Source of the DNA: Candidatus Omnitrophota bacterium
GTDB taxonomy: Bacteria; Omnitrophota; Omnitrophia; Omnitrophales; Aquincolibacteriaceae
Direction: 5' to 3'
DNA length: 64,000 nucleotides
Assembly: GCA_035352955.1 (NCBI GenBank)
Contig: DAOPYQ010000003.1
Span: forward strand, 140,901-204,900
Below the pieces are notes generated by a model. That model was not told where the DNA came from, made no database searches, and worked only from the letters and a program-made list of their open reading frames with translations. Below are positions 30,201 through 37,019 of this stretch, in pieces; within the stretch, counting starts at the first letter, position 1, and every line of letters starts with the position of its first letter. Made by a program: the position numbers and the translations under genes.

Positions 30201-33200
30201 GGACAGGACAAGCCCATTTTTATAGTCGGGTTTTCCATCGGCCAGATTCGAGGCCTTAAATCCGAGCCCTTCGTAAAAGCTCGGCGGGTTCTGCTCCGTG
30301 ATATGCCCGTCCAGCTGATGCGCTTTGACGGTAACCTTGGCCGTTACATCCCTGGGAACAAGCGAGCGCCAGAGCTCGATCCGGGTCCGATAGATCGCCT
30401 CCGCCAAACCATCGCCTCTGCCACTCCCGTAATCCGGATGGTCCGTGTTAGCAAATATTTTATACTGCATCTCGAGATCGCTCAGATCTCCCTTATTGAC
30501 ACGCGTCACGCCGTAGCCAACGTAGATCCCGTCGACAAAATAAAATTCCGTGACGTCCGCGCCATCCCGAATCGATTTTCCGTCCACCGTCATGCCGTTC
30601 ACAGCCAACACCTGGGTCAGATCGCGCCCGGACAAGATCCCCGGAACACTGCGGAAAAACAGGACCGGTTCTCTGCCCGGTTCGTTCGCTGAAAGGCTCC
30701 AGTACGGCAGCGGCAGGGTCCGGCCCTCCCCCGACAAGTGATAAACCTGAAGACGCTGTAGAAAATCGAAAGCGGGTTTACCTTCGAGAGTTTTTAAATC
30801 GGAAGAAGTCGATAGGGCTTCAACAACCGGCCCGAAACGCAACGGTGCGTTGTCCGCCGTCGTCTTCTGGAAAGATTCATCATGCGCAAAAAACTCGCGG
30901 AACGTCAGATACATTCCGATGAGCGACCAGCGTTTTGAGACTGGCGCACCCAGGATCTCGGCCACGGGCTTCGCATCCCCGGCAAGAGGCTGCCCCGCAA
31001 TCTTCCCGGCCCAAACCTCGAAAGGTTCATGCGTTACTTCGAACGTCCGTTTCTCCGCGCGGAAGGAATCCGCGAAAACAGCCCGGGGCAATGGCATAGG
31101 GATCCCGGCCACCATTTCTCGGACCGGCCGGATATCGCTCCCCGCCTTCTTTAGCGTGGCCGGAATAAAGTAAAGCTTGCCCCGCCATTCTCCGTTTTCG
31201 AAAACAACGGTTTCAACCGGAAGACCGTTCTGCAGATAGTCGTAAAAATACCGGGCAAAGACAAGATTGAGAACGCCCGGGATCATCAGCGGACGGCTCC
31301 CATCGATCCGGGGATCAGAAGCGCCCACCTCAATCGCGGCGCCAAGCTCGCCGGTCAGCGGATCTTTTTGCAGAACCGCTCTTAGGGAAAACAAAGCCTC
31401 GATGTCCCGGAATTCTTTTTGCCAGGATTCCTTATCAGGAAATTCCTCGTTCCGGAAGATCTCAAGTTGAGCTGCAAGTTCCGTCCGGTTAAGTGCGTTC
31501 AGCCTGGCTAATACGGAAACCGGAGGAAACAACACCCGTTCGGGCTTCCCCTGGGACGGGATCATAGAATAAACAACTCCGCCGGAAGTGACGGAATGTT
31601 TCAGGTAAAGCGCTCCGTCCTGGTAGCAGAAATTCCTCACCCCATCCACGGAAAAAAACTTCGGGTTAGACGATTGCTCCGCCGAGATCGAACTTTCTTC
31701 GGCCTGCAAACGTTCGATGTAAAGGCGGCCCGCGGGAACAGAGACTTCTCCATTTTCAAACCCCAGCTCGCCCGCCGATGGGAATTTAAAAACCGTCTGG
31801 ATCGCCTCGATCGCCTGCGCCCGTTCGGAGATCTCGGCACCCTCCATCGGCATCCCGGTCCTGATCTCCTTACGAGAATTGGACGCCGAAGCCGAACCCG
31901 GCCGCCCTTCCGCCGCGTTCTGCGAAAGATCCGGGGCCAACTTGCTCCAGATCTCCGCGACCTTACGGAAGAACATGGCGTACTCCTGAACCAGCGTGGG
32001 ATCAAGAACGGCTGAGACATGCCCCCCCGGCGCGGGATGCATGAGCCCCATGTGATGCATGAGATGTTCCGGAGTTTCATCATAATCATTTTCCTGACTC
32101 AGAAAATCAATGTATGCGACCAATCTTTGCGCCGGCTCCGCAATTCCACTGAATCCCCCGTCTTCAAATACCTTGGCACGCTCAAACCGGGCCACTTCAT
32201 CCCCCAGCCCCTCGAAAGTCATTTTGTCGAGTTTCTGGATATAAGCCGTTTGCTCATTGTCCGGCCAACCCCGCGGGTCCTGATAATACTGCTTCCTCTC
32301 CGGCGACAACATCCTGACCATTCTCTGCAATCGCCTCCACGCGTCATCAAAAGTCCCCTGCCGGCTGTCCCGCATAAGCCCGAACGCCGCCCCCTCCCTC
32401 GCCCGCAACTCGTAACGTCCTCCCGTTGCGATCAAAGCGCTCGAAAAAGCACTGGCCCTCGCCTCGGCAGCCATGCGCTGAAGCTCAAACTCCTGAGGAA
32501 TGCCAAAAGAACTTTGAGGAATTTGCTTAAGCTTAAGCAACTGTTTGCGGTGGACAATGTCTTTGTCCAATATCCTGGCGAGCATGAAACGGGCGGGAAC
32601 GAGTTCATACTGATCCAAGTGCGCGGTCAATTTCGCGCACTTTTGTTCGGCCGAAAGCAGCTTCATCGAAGCGCCGGACCAATCCCCATCCTCTGCGGCT
32701 TTTCGGGCGTTCCGCATGTCAATCGCAGCCGACTCGACATTTTTGGAAAAAGTATCCGCCTGACGAAACGCATTGCGGTCGGCCTCGGTAATCTTCTCAT
32801 TCCGGGAAAGCTTTTCCAGAACATTGTAAAGGGCGTCCGAGTAGAGAAAGGTCTCGAGCGTACGCGGGTATTCAAAGATCCCCGGCGCCCACGTCTGGTG
32901 ATAAGTTCCGGCCTGCAGATCGATCCGGTCGGCGGGAGGCAACGAAAGGCCATCCCTCAAGTACCGGTGATAAAAGTAGAGGATCACCATGCGGTCCTGA
33001 AAATCGGAATCCTGAAGAAGGACCCACATCGTTTCCCGGTTTTTCGTATCATTGGCCCGGGTCTTCACAACCGAGTTGAAAAAGGTCGCCTGTTTTTTCG
33101 TCAGACCGTCATACAGAACAGAACGAACGTTGGGATCCAGCTTCGCCTTACCCGCCGCAAATAATACCGCGTCGATCGCGGAGCGGGCCTCCAGCATTTC

Positions 33201-36200
33201 CGCGCTTGCCGCCGTAACGGAGCTCGCCTTCTTCGCACCGCCCTGATTGGGGATCAACCCCCTCCCCCCTTCAGCGGTCGCCGTCCCCAAACGCGTTTGA
33301 CCGAAATTCCTGCGCTCGACGTCCCTCGCGACATCTTTCCTGATTTGCGCCAGCGCCTTTTCTTCCTCCGGAGTCGGCTCCCTCTCCTTCAATATCTGGG
33401 TCGCCATCCAAAGCGTCTCAACCTCTTTTTTTTGTCCAGGCCATAACCTGAATCCGTACTTTCCGTAGCTTCGATCGATTTTACCGAAATAGCCCACGAC
33501 CCGCGGCTTCACCTTAAGAGCTACAAGTTCGGGATGATCCACCGCCACGGGCTTGAAACCCTTTTTCTGCACAGTAATGACCTGCGACCCCTTTGCGGCG
33601 CCCTCACTCGAAACGCCCGCTGCTGGCGTCTCCGAAACTATAACCTCACGGCTCTCGGAAGATTTCTTCGCATTTTTTTTAGCGTTGTATTCTGCAAACG
33701 TTTTGCGGGTCTCATTCAAAAAATTGCCGGTCCATAATTTTTGGGGCATGCCAATTTCCTGCTGGAGCATTTTGACAAGGCCTTTTCGGACCGTCGGATT
33801 CGTCGTGAGCTCGATCTTTGTTTCGTCCAGCATGTCGGGGTCAATGATCTCCGCAACAACAAGCGCGTTGGCCAACTCATCGATCCTCAATTCGGTCATC
33901 TCCGCCACGGTGTTTTTACCGGCCGGCGCCTTTACAGAAGTTTCGGCGGCTACAACCGCTTTGGCCGTTGCGACCTGCCGGGTTTGCGAAGTCACGGCGT
34001 GATTTTCCCTGAGAACTTTCTGCAACTTGTCGAGGAACGAGGCCACCGAAACCACTGCCGCCGCATTTCCGGAAAACTCCACCGACCGATCAACGGCCCC
34101 CTGGGACGCCCCCTCCGCCCCAACAACCGCCATCGCCACCAGTCCCGCCGCCAGAATCGCCGGATTCAGGAACATCTTGGCGCGGATTCCGTCTGAGATC
34201 TCAACCGCCGGTTCCGCACGTCGTTCGTGGCGAAGCACCGAAGAAAGAGAACTGACCGTTTTTTTATACTGGTTCCGGTTCATGCCAAAATACGCCGGGT
34301 CACGCTTCGTCTTTTCCAGTTGCGCGGCCGGCAACGTCTTGATCTCGGAACCGGCGTGCTGCTCCGATCGCACGGCCGCCTGTTTAAGAACTCGGGCGGT
34401 ATCCACGACGAGCGGATTTACGACCGGTTTTCCGGCCGCGATGCTCTCAAGAGCGGCGGTCATCTCTTCGCGAGTGGCAAAAACATCCTTCGCTTCCGAG
34501 GGCACGATGCCCGGCAATTCCGCAGAAATGATCGCGGTACCGGGACTCAGCACGGAAGAGGCCGCCGGCTCCGCAAGCATCGAACGTTTGGCAGCTCCCG
34601 CGTTATCCAGAAGCGTCGACACGCGCTCCGCGGTAAGTTGTTTCTTGTTCATCAATGCTTTCAGCCCCTCCATGAACCGGCCTAATTCGGATTCAAAATG
34701 CTGCCAGATCGCCTCGAGGCTTTTATCGCGGAAACCGGCGAGTTCCTTGTCGAGGATCCGGAGGATCTCTTCTTTGCTCTTCGGCGCACCTTTCCCGAAT
34801 TTCTCCGCAAAAATGCCGGAGAGCGCGTCAAGGTATTGCGTGTAATGACCGGCCTCGGCGATGCGGCCCCGTCGCGCAAGGTCACGGATCACTTCATCGC
34901 GCCAGCCTTTGATATTCCGGAGAAAATCCGCTTGGTCGAATTCCCCGACCAGCGCACGCGTGGAATGGCGAATGAACGCATCGTAATACGTCGTTTTGAG
35001 GAACTCTTTGTAGGAGACGTCGTTTTTCATGATCTTGTCGTAGTTCCTCTGTCCGGAAAGCTCCGCGATCCGCGGGCTCACGACCACATAATCGACCCCT
35101 TTCTCACGGAACAGCTGCTTGAGGCCTTCGGTGTGAAAACCTCCGGCCACCACGATGGCAGTACGCTGTTCGGAGTTTGGCGTCCGGGAAGACTCCCCGC
35201 GGAGCAGCGCCATCAGGTTTTCATAAAAAGCGCGATCGCGTTCGAGGGCCAACTGATAAAAACCGATCGCCTGCCTGAGGTTTTCGCGAAAGGCCTTGTC
35301 GGCAAGGAGTTCCAGATAAGCGTCCGGCTCCTTCTGGTATCGGGCCAGCTGCTCATGCGTGAGTTCAAGGTTGGTGAGATCCTTCAAAAGGAACAGCTTG
35401 TGATATTTTTCCGCAAGGGCCTTTTCTTCCGGCTTTATGATGAGCCCCCCTTCGATCGCAAGAAGACCGGCCTGAAGATCCGCAAAAAGTTTGCTGCCCT
35501 TCATCGCGGAAAGGGTCTCGGTGTGACCGAGAAGCGCCTGCATCTGGGGCGTCAGTTTGGGCCGGAATCCCTTGGCGCCGCCGAATTCGATCATGTACTG
35601 GAGAAATTTTCCCCCGTCCATCTGGCCGGTGAGGAACTGCTGGAAACGGTTGTAAAAGTTCATCTCATCCTTGACGCCCGAGCCGCGCACAAACTTCGTC
35701 TTGAACTCAACGGCCATCGCCTTGATCATCGGATCAAGCTCTTCTTGTTTCCCCGAGGCAGCATAGCCCACCGAATCAAGAAGCTTCAGGAACTCCTGAT
35801 GCCCGCTTTGGCTGAGTTGTTTTCTGAAGTTCGCAAGATAGATCAGGAACTCGCCAAAGGAGATCTTTTCCGAACGGAAACTTTCGCACCGCTCGTGGAA
35901 TTCGTTCAGCGTGGCGGAGTAGACGGTCAGGCGTTCAGGATCGAGCTTTTTGCGGAAACCCTCCAAGGTCGCAAGCAACGCCGCTTTCGGCTCCTGGGCG
36001 CGAAGCCAGGCGCGATAATTTTCTTCGTAGAGGGACCAATCCTCCATCCCCCGGTAATCCCGCTCGTTCGCGTCAAAGATCGCGGCCATCTGCGGGCCCG
36101 TAAGTTCACCGCGCTCGAGATAGGCCGAAAGGACACGCTGTTTCACGGCCGCGTTCGGGAACATGCGAAGAAGCGTCGGATCAAGTTTCTCTTTAGCGCC

Positions 36201-36611
36201 CTCGATTGCGACGAGTTTGATCCCGCAAGTCTTGTCAAAATGCCCGATCAGTTTTCGGATGCTTTCCTGCGCGGCAACGACCGCATGGGCATCCTGGATC
36301 AAGACCACAAATTCCTTGGAAGATGGGACGCGGAGAACAGTAGACGCAGAACCGTCAGCGCCCGCCTTCAAGCCCCGTCCTTCCGCCTGTTTCGGAAGCG
36401 ATGCTTCTTCGATTGTCCCGAGTTCGACCGGTACCGTAACCGAAGAAGACAGAACCCGCGGAGCCGTCCGTGCGGAAACTTCCGGAGCGGCCGCCTCAAC
36501 CGGCAGAGACCACGTCACACTCGTGACGATAAAAACAAACACCGTCCCTAGCGCCGTAGCCCGTAATCCAAAATCCGGTCCTCGATTTTTCCGCATACTT
36601 TTTTTATCCAT
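21249..36611 (-). CDS. giant (5,120 aa) signal-anchored multi-domain protein: TraB/TIKI-like N-domain; transglutaminase-like, PRTase-like, Nudix-like and HD segments; internal TM modules
   Basis: A single uninterrupted 15.4 kb ORF. N-terminal TM is ALGTVFVFIVTSVTWSL. Motif coordinates: LIQDAHAV/VVAGGFHTEG (about 36300/35150); transglutaminase-like TDCDGFGFLSIALF...YPHGWVFL...D (about 28290-28170); VIVDDACYS (about 26080); GGVWSLPSASIAGEDDP (about 24700); LLHDIGKF...RIHDRV (about 23810). See findings. Confidence 0.85.
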   Translation of the reverse strand: MDKKSMRKNRGPDFGLRATALGTVFVFIVTSVTWSLPVEAAAPEVSARTAPRVLSSSVTVPVELGTIEEASLPKQAEGRGLKAGADGSASTVLRVPSSKEFVVLIQDAHAVVAAQESIRKLIGHFDKTCGIKLVAIEGAKEKLDPTLLRMFPNAAVKQRVLSAYLERGELTGPQMAAIFDANERDYRGMEDWSLYEENYRAWLRAQEPKAALLATLEGFRKKLDPERLTVYSATLNEFHERCESFRSEKISFGEFLIYLANFRKQLSQSGHQEFLKLLDSVGYAASGKQEELDPMIKAMAVEFKTKFVRGSGVKDEMNFYNRFQQFLTGQMDGGKFLQYMIEFGGAKGFRPKLTPQMQALLGHTETLSAMKGSKLFADLQAGLLAIEGGLIIKPEEKALAEKYHKLFLLKDLTNLELTHEQLARYQKEPDAYLELLADKAFRENLRQAIGFYQLALERDRAFYENLMALLRGESSRTPNSEQRTAIVVAGGFHTEGLKQLFREKGVDYVVVSPRIAELSGQRNYDKIMKNDVSYKEFLKTTYYDAFIRHSTRALVGEFDQADFLRNIKGWRDEVIRDLARRGRIAEAGHYTQYLDALSGIFAEKFGKGAPKSKEEILRILDKELAGFRDKSLEAIWQHFESELGRFMEGLKALMNKKQLTAERVSTLLDNAGAAKRSMLAEPAASSVLSPGTAIISAELPGIVPSEAKDVFATREEMTAALESIAAGKPVVNPLVVDTARVLKQAAVRSEQHAGSEIKTLPAAQLEKTKRDPAYFGMNRNQYKKTVSSLSSVLRHERRAEPAVEISDGIRAKMFLNPAILAAGLVAMAVVGAEGASQGAVDRSVEFSGNAAAVVSVASFLDKLQKVLRENHAVTSQTRQVATAKAVVAAETSVKAPAGKNTVAEMTELRIDELANALVVAEIIDPDMLDETKIELTTNPTVRKGLVKMLQQEIGMPQKLWTGNFLNETRKTFAEYNAKKNAKKSSESREVIVSETPAAGVSSEGAAKGSQVITVQKKGFKPVAVDHPELVALKVKPRVVGYFGKIDRSYGKYGFRLWPGQKKEVETLWMATQILKEREPTPEEEKALAQIRKDVARDVERRNFGQTRLGTATAEGGRGLIPNQGGAKKASSVTAASAEMLEARSAIDAVLFAAGKAKLDPNVRSVLYDGLTKKQATFFNSVVKTRANDTKNRETMWVLLQDSDFQDRMVILYFYHRYLRDGLSLPPADRIDLQAGTYHQTWAPGIFEYPRTLETFLYSDALYNVLEKLSRNEKITEADRNAFRQADTFSKNVESAAIDMRNARKAAEDGDWSGASMKLLSAEQKCAKLTAHLDQYELVPARFMLARILDKDIVHRKQLLKLKQIPQSSFGIPQEFELQRMAAEARASAFSSALIATGGRYELRAREGAAFGLMRDSRQGTFDDAWRRLQRMVRMLSPERKQYYQDPRGWPDNEQTAYIQKLDKMTFEGLGDEVARFERAKVFEDGGFSGIAEPAQRLVAYIDFLSQENDYDETPEHLMHHMGLMHPAPGGHVSAVLDPTLVQEYAMFFRKVAEIWSKLAPDLSQNAAEGRPGSASASNSRKEIRTGMPMEGAEISERAQAIEAIQTVFKFPSAGELGFENGEVSVPAGRLYIERLQAEESSISAEQSSNPKFFSVDGVRNFCYQDGALYLKHSVTSGGVVYSMIPSQGKPERVLFPPVSVLARLNALNRTELAAQLEIFRNEEFPDKESWQKEFRDIEALFSLRAVLQKDPLTGELGAAIEVGASDPRIDGSRPLMIPGVLNLVFARYFYDYLQNGLPVETVVFENGEWRGKLYFIPATLKKAGSDIRPVREMVAGIPMPLPRAVFADSFRAEKRTFEVTHEPFEVWAGKIAGQPLAGDAKPVAEILGAPVSKRWSLIGMYLTFREFFAHDESFQKTTADNAPLRFGPVVEALSTSSDLKTLEGKPAFDFLQRLQVYHLSGEGRTLPLPYWSLSANEPGREPVLFFRSVPGILSGRDLTQVLAVNGMTVDGKSIRDGADVTEFYFVDGIYVGYGVTRVNKGDLSDLEMQYKIFANTDHPDYGSGRGDGLAEAIYRTRIELWRSLVPRDVTAKVTVKAHQLDGHITEQNPPSFYEGLGFKASNLADGKPDYKNGLVLSLRGFRKERPLIMTPETAAGAFRAEKRGAKGRPADRLESLFAAVADLSEKHDQAMANAVSKANGNLNDLVTALGEVERVHEQIVLLIKTCQKYAAADPLALQIFEQYLTQANDYHQSSTGLLYLLLDRRLGFDIPSRSLKIFGNKDFVRKVKALSLETISARAEAAWTRFKDLRNNVSEKDKNVIDTVILDRETTLRKQTLSDSLMLFRAGMDLGLFPEPHYPGVRSRFYVRTLREWLRDPQSTNFEAARKIFSDLYWSAFTGLEEHSEIVLQDALEAFISGRSLEFLGVDQAGLENNGDAMRLMAERYGYLGKKVMGERDRRRLAAMVLRGFGRILMILSVGFTLRAGWSGMNWYQAMRRDQIEMAQKIEKNAAETLKKINKMRPKAMGRGTAGTEGGGPRNAGFNSDGRSERVETGGGDENSEGRTLALYRHRQDLKHHFGFDYLPLMGFRYLDPATGEYGPGPTDFRQYTSPTGRRAIAKMDLFPDQAEARSLVTGLAPGTIVLEARSESGELAKLRYDPRGIWEFSFDGPVGKTITIVLGDQKNGDLPSPGQAVMFNFAENRAYSKEEVMRLLPAEIRQKVVLAQKLPAGFLREREMLNLLATLKYSKDNRVDGLNTELPFVSRVFMSGATDCDGFGFLSIALFWLTDLETGVLQAGNLISEGQFKEGVYPHGWVFLRDGKVRDIPQGVKDLDPRVQSLPPVPGRQTPARSLGGTLKSIFDEWKSEIQRFNPLPGLYQFFKVYLVFALLGGLLYRWVLIPWKAWLRSSDRAWFGASTETLRGRTLRLILRDNGWYHPPAGSDPEELIASGKLSPKERAIADLLALAAKGTVPYEPPTRAQFFKHLVRFLTISPFVIDVMEWLTHRERGASGRERYFENLIRLARATGGENSLTLEKFYTRMRNIVTNSLGAYSVEVSRGIELRTLTDLIGSKFLQKKIQIVAPKGGFKLHSETNLHRAAPSGNSRETAELAVVSLAGGVPVDQIAQTASAKVDGNKVVKTLPPARPRNVSASIAVDVQAVLDPSANNLDQWIQQLVNSLALPFAEMHWKKASNVRYSLVSLILFMPDGRVWNIRVPSTNGLNSAKAAKETREFVMSAVRQFLSKESGVDFGSMKARMKSYIPKDQVGGVWNSLSPAAQQQLVVSGIGRRGEGGWTNAGSLVIDGNPEIVISVDPLEELGPWLTGRLQKPVLGWKGQSALPLPMGRFNNGTAKLSLPLVKLADAKPSSVKSAAKESSAERAEKRTPEVPERIRDEEEFFATWDAQLKKAKDPDRRAILALGRKVVAEGEIITEAKFFTELMKTKEALASALEAAGPYAVLFGRPHTSRRWVWSNIREGLKAPVFTAYVEPFKPYYENLMRERESSGVRTFVIVDDACYSAQQVVATLREIARHYPTAKAIIAIPFMTSAAMKSIRETVKKDLPEGFSALVLPHREVKTLEDILSPDEKELFRRRGDALGKAFGNDKTYSSRIRTTVTLFSHKFADQWSIYQLFAQFFKAPVPPYNDPASEYYKAESEAYAAEVAQGVSQPARRDEKREEPSSTSEVQSLKVNAGSPELSSISNIKPGTLNFPAAVRADMAPVLIDPVARKAAEQRIEKWRGWAATQEQIMPSELVMSRGVDDVAAVVAGSKPAALVSGEDVVRHEEGKALIQIAKERGLSVETLTMQWKDKGNNQEPLRNAWSLIVAGTPEVARQIVLLLEEKATGPDGRPVAIGSVEYHRMLGRLLGYPDESIEQFAKMIESRDQFFGRGAQVFPSVLNTQTPAAEVHMEIPADWHVDPSTIVYDANTDPTRKKLKTAYAVSMILLNEKGEALFAFRNPKLADNGGVWSLPSASIAGEDDPNMLKVISGKVEKNLGVRVKAITTIGKRMGFRRNADGTPWQLLMHDVFVQIYSGEVSLKETLTDEGVPKYTKFGFFEPRAFLTGTEGDFTLHNAGDCTKCFGTILFGGDFNAFAQAYEKNSAPRAESRSEARGESGSTIRPTFERLTGPETMGFFRELAQIRGLRAAEIRRRLDDRIYQDYRVFLRTILALDRSTIDAAAETELDGVAGHCTNVLAAALQVRSMAKPAATDGLRRLEQWYYLSGLLGTNQGESLVRDLQARVLSLAPGDPDKAYRMLYWADLLHDIGKFRNMRIHDRVGSDMIRELGLLDGLVADGLISPADTEMIRMAIRYHTFFSELAFGELSDVSMKDFLNAPEIRAFLSADGQQIDIERFRNLLNLIYVISITDQAGFAEDRGQLQLRKNEFQHTVLDEVVRLAEDNKTFDATGQALDARSASGVFDRLERVLASWDQKFDQRTPGYYSEPFRKTLKAVEDGDAVAQDAASLILTTFPRTNVKFLIAVLPDLAWIPAGIDRAAFLRYFSNGQSHPDVIFDVPRQDSVNPTVVKLLALSLKAAKLLGVTGVISIEPEPSAVRKSPAYKNALWALELVLREAYDVRQDGDTVVFVRKNGSRIETPGASVSIKKSGQDILEIRFKEVASSLAPAAHRAEMRKEVRAEARAEQGAVVFKDELDLSAIPELDALDPLDFRRKEASRINRGAQYIYRGMRLRYSSLAETVNKGMSPDETTGLSISLTAKPQDAIDYSIMPAGGGFKKKLLSEDFVCAIVVVEKAKVQIKDEFSSGEITTEEAIPVGGIRQILIFDKRSRHYEIFDMENVHTEVRERSGSRMIDELVSVDADRIAKIAADQGAEAVREGLEKKGRAELRKIGGEISAKSGKFSVEVMSQSDPAAYIQGDGFSRAAERDLGAYGDVMPFVIRVRNLVLMPAAMAAETTDAMIATIVPERMQALDATLGQGEGNLTVAFDPSLAGFAEQFLKIPSERTSRVNELAVSGALNGKVRAALQARGVTVRQAPLNRNFISRNQSNVPYVTGTEATVVTLAPVFDPVVGNVASVGDLFVRDYMNRLMVVAAIHLADIRAGTKSGALAMTPSDICDELLRRLNLFEQKALIQAKGRNFVVSSVAVQTYLRMVAEQSVRTAA

Positions 36612-36923
36612 AAGTGATGTAACTTTTTATGCTCTCAAAGTTGCTTTACACGCCCCTCCGTCCGGCAAACCCACTTTTTAAAGACCCGTTGATTAGGTTT
36701 GCGAAGCTTGCATTTTGTCTCTACAAAAAGTTTGCCATCAAGTTAATGCTATTGCAAGATGTCGATAGAATTATTTTAGGTGTTTTTGACTATAATTTAC
36801 TATAATTAATTATGTTTGCTATATATTGCTATACGCAAAATGGCAGAAATTTTGAGAGGAACGAACAAATTCTCGGGAATAAACCTCGAAGAAAACCCTG
36901 ACTAAGAGGAGAAAATCAGAAAA

Positions 36924-37019
36924 CTACTTTTTCCGCAGGACGCGGAGATAGGAAAAAAACATCACGGCGATAATAAAAAGCCAACTCGAAATTAGAAAGA
37001 TCCAGCCTGAAAGCTTCAT
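36924..37019 (-). CDS. 31-aa single-TM peptide translationally coupled to the NSS transporter
   Basis: MKLSGWIFLISSWLFIIAVMFFSYLRVLRKK. Its ATG overlaps the transporter TGA stop as ATGA (37019-37016). Confidence 0.3.
   Translation of the reverse strand: MKLSGWIFLISSWLFIIAVMFFSYLRVLRKK

Noticed and set aside
34698-36551. 617-aa plus-strand ORF inside giant gene 1. The same applies to 32019-33164, 28536-29351, 25608-26516 and 22683-23639 on the plus strand
   Set aside because: All lie antisense within the 15.4-kb minus-strand ORF. Their translations are Arg/Pro-rich with no domain signatures. The minus frame is uninterrupted and carries recognisable domains.
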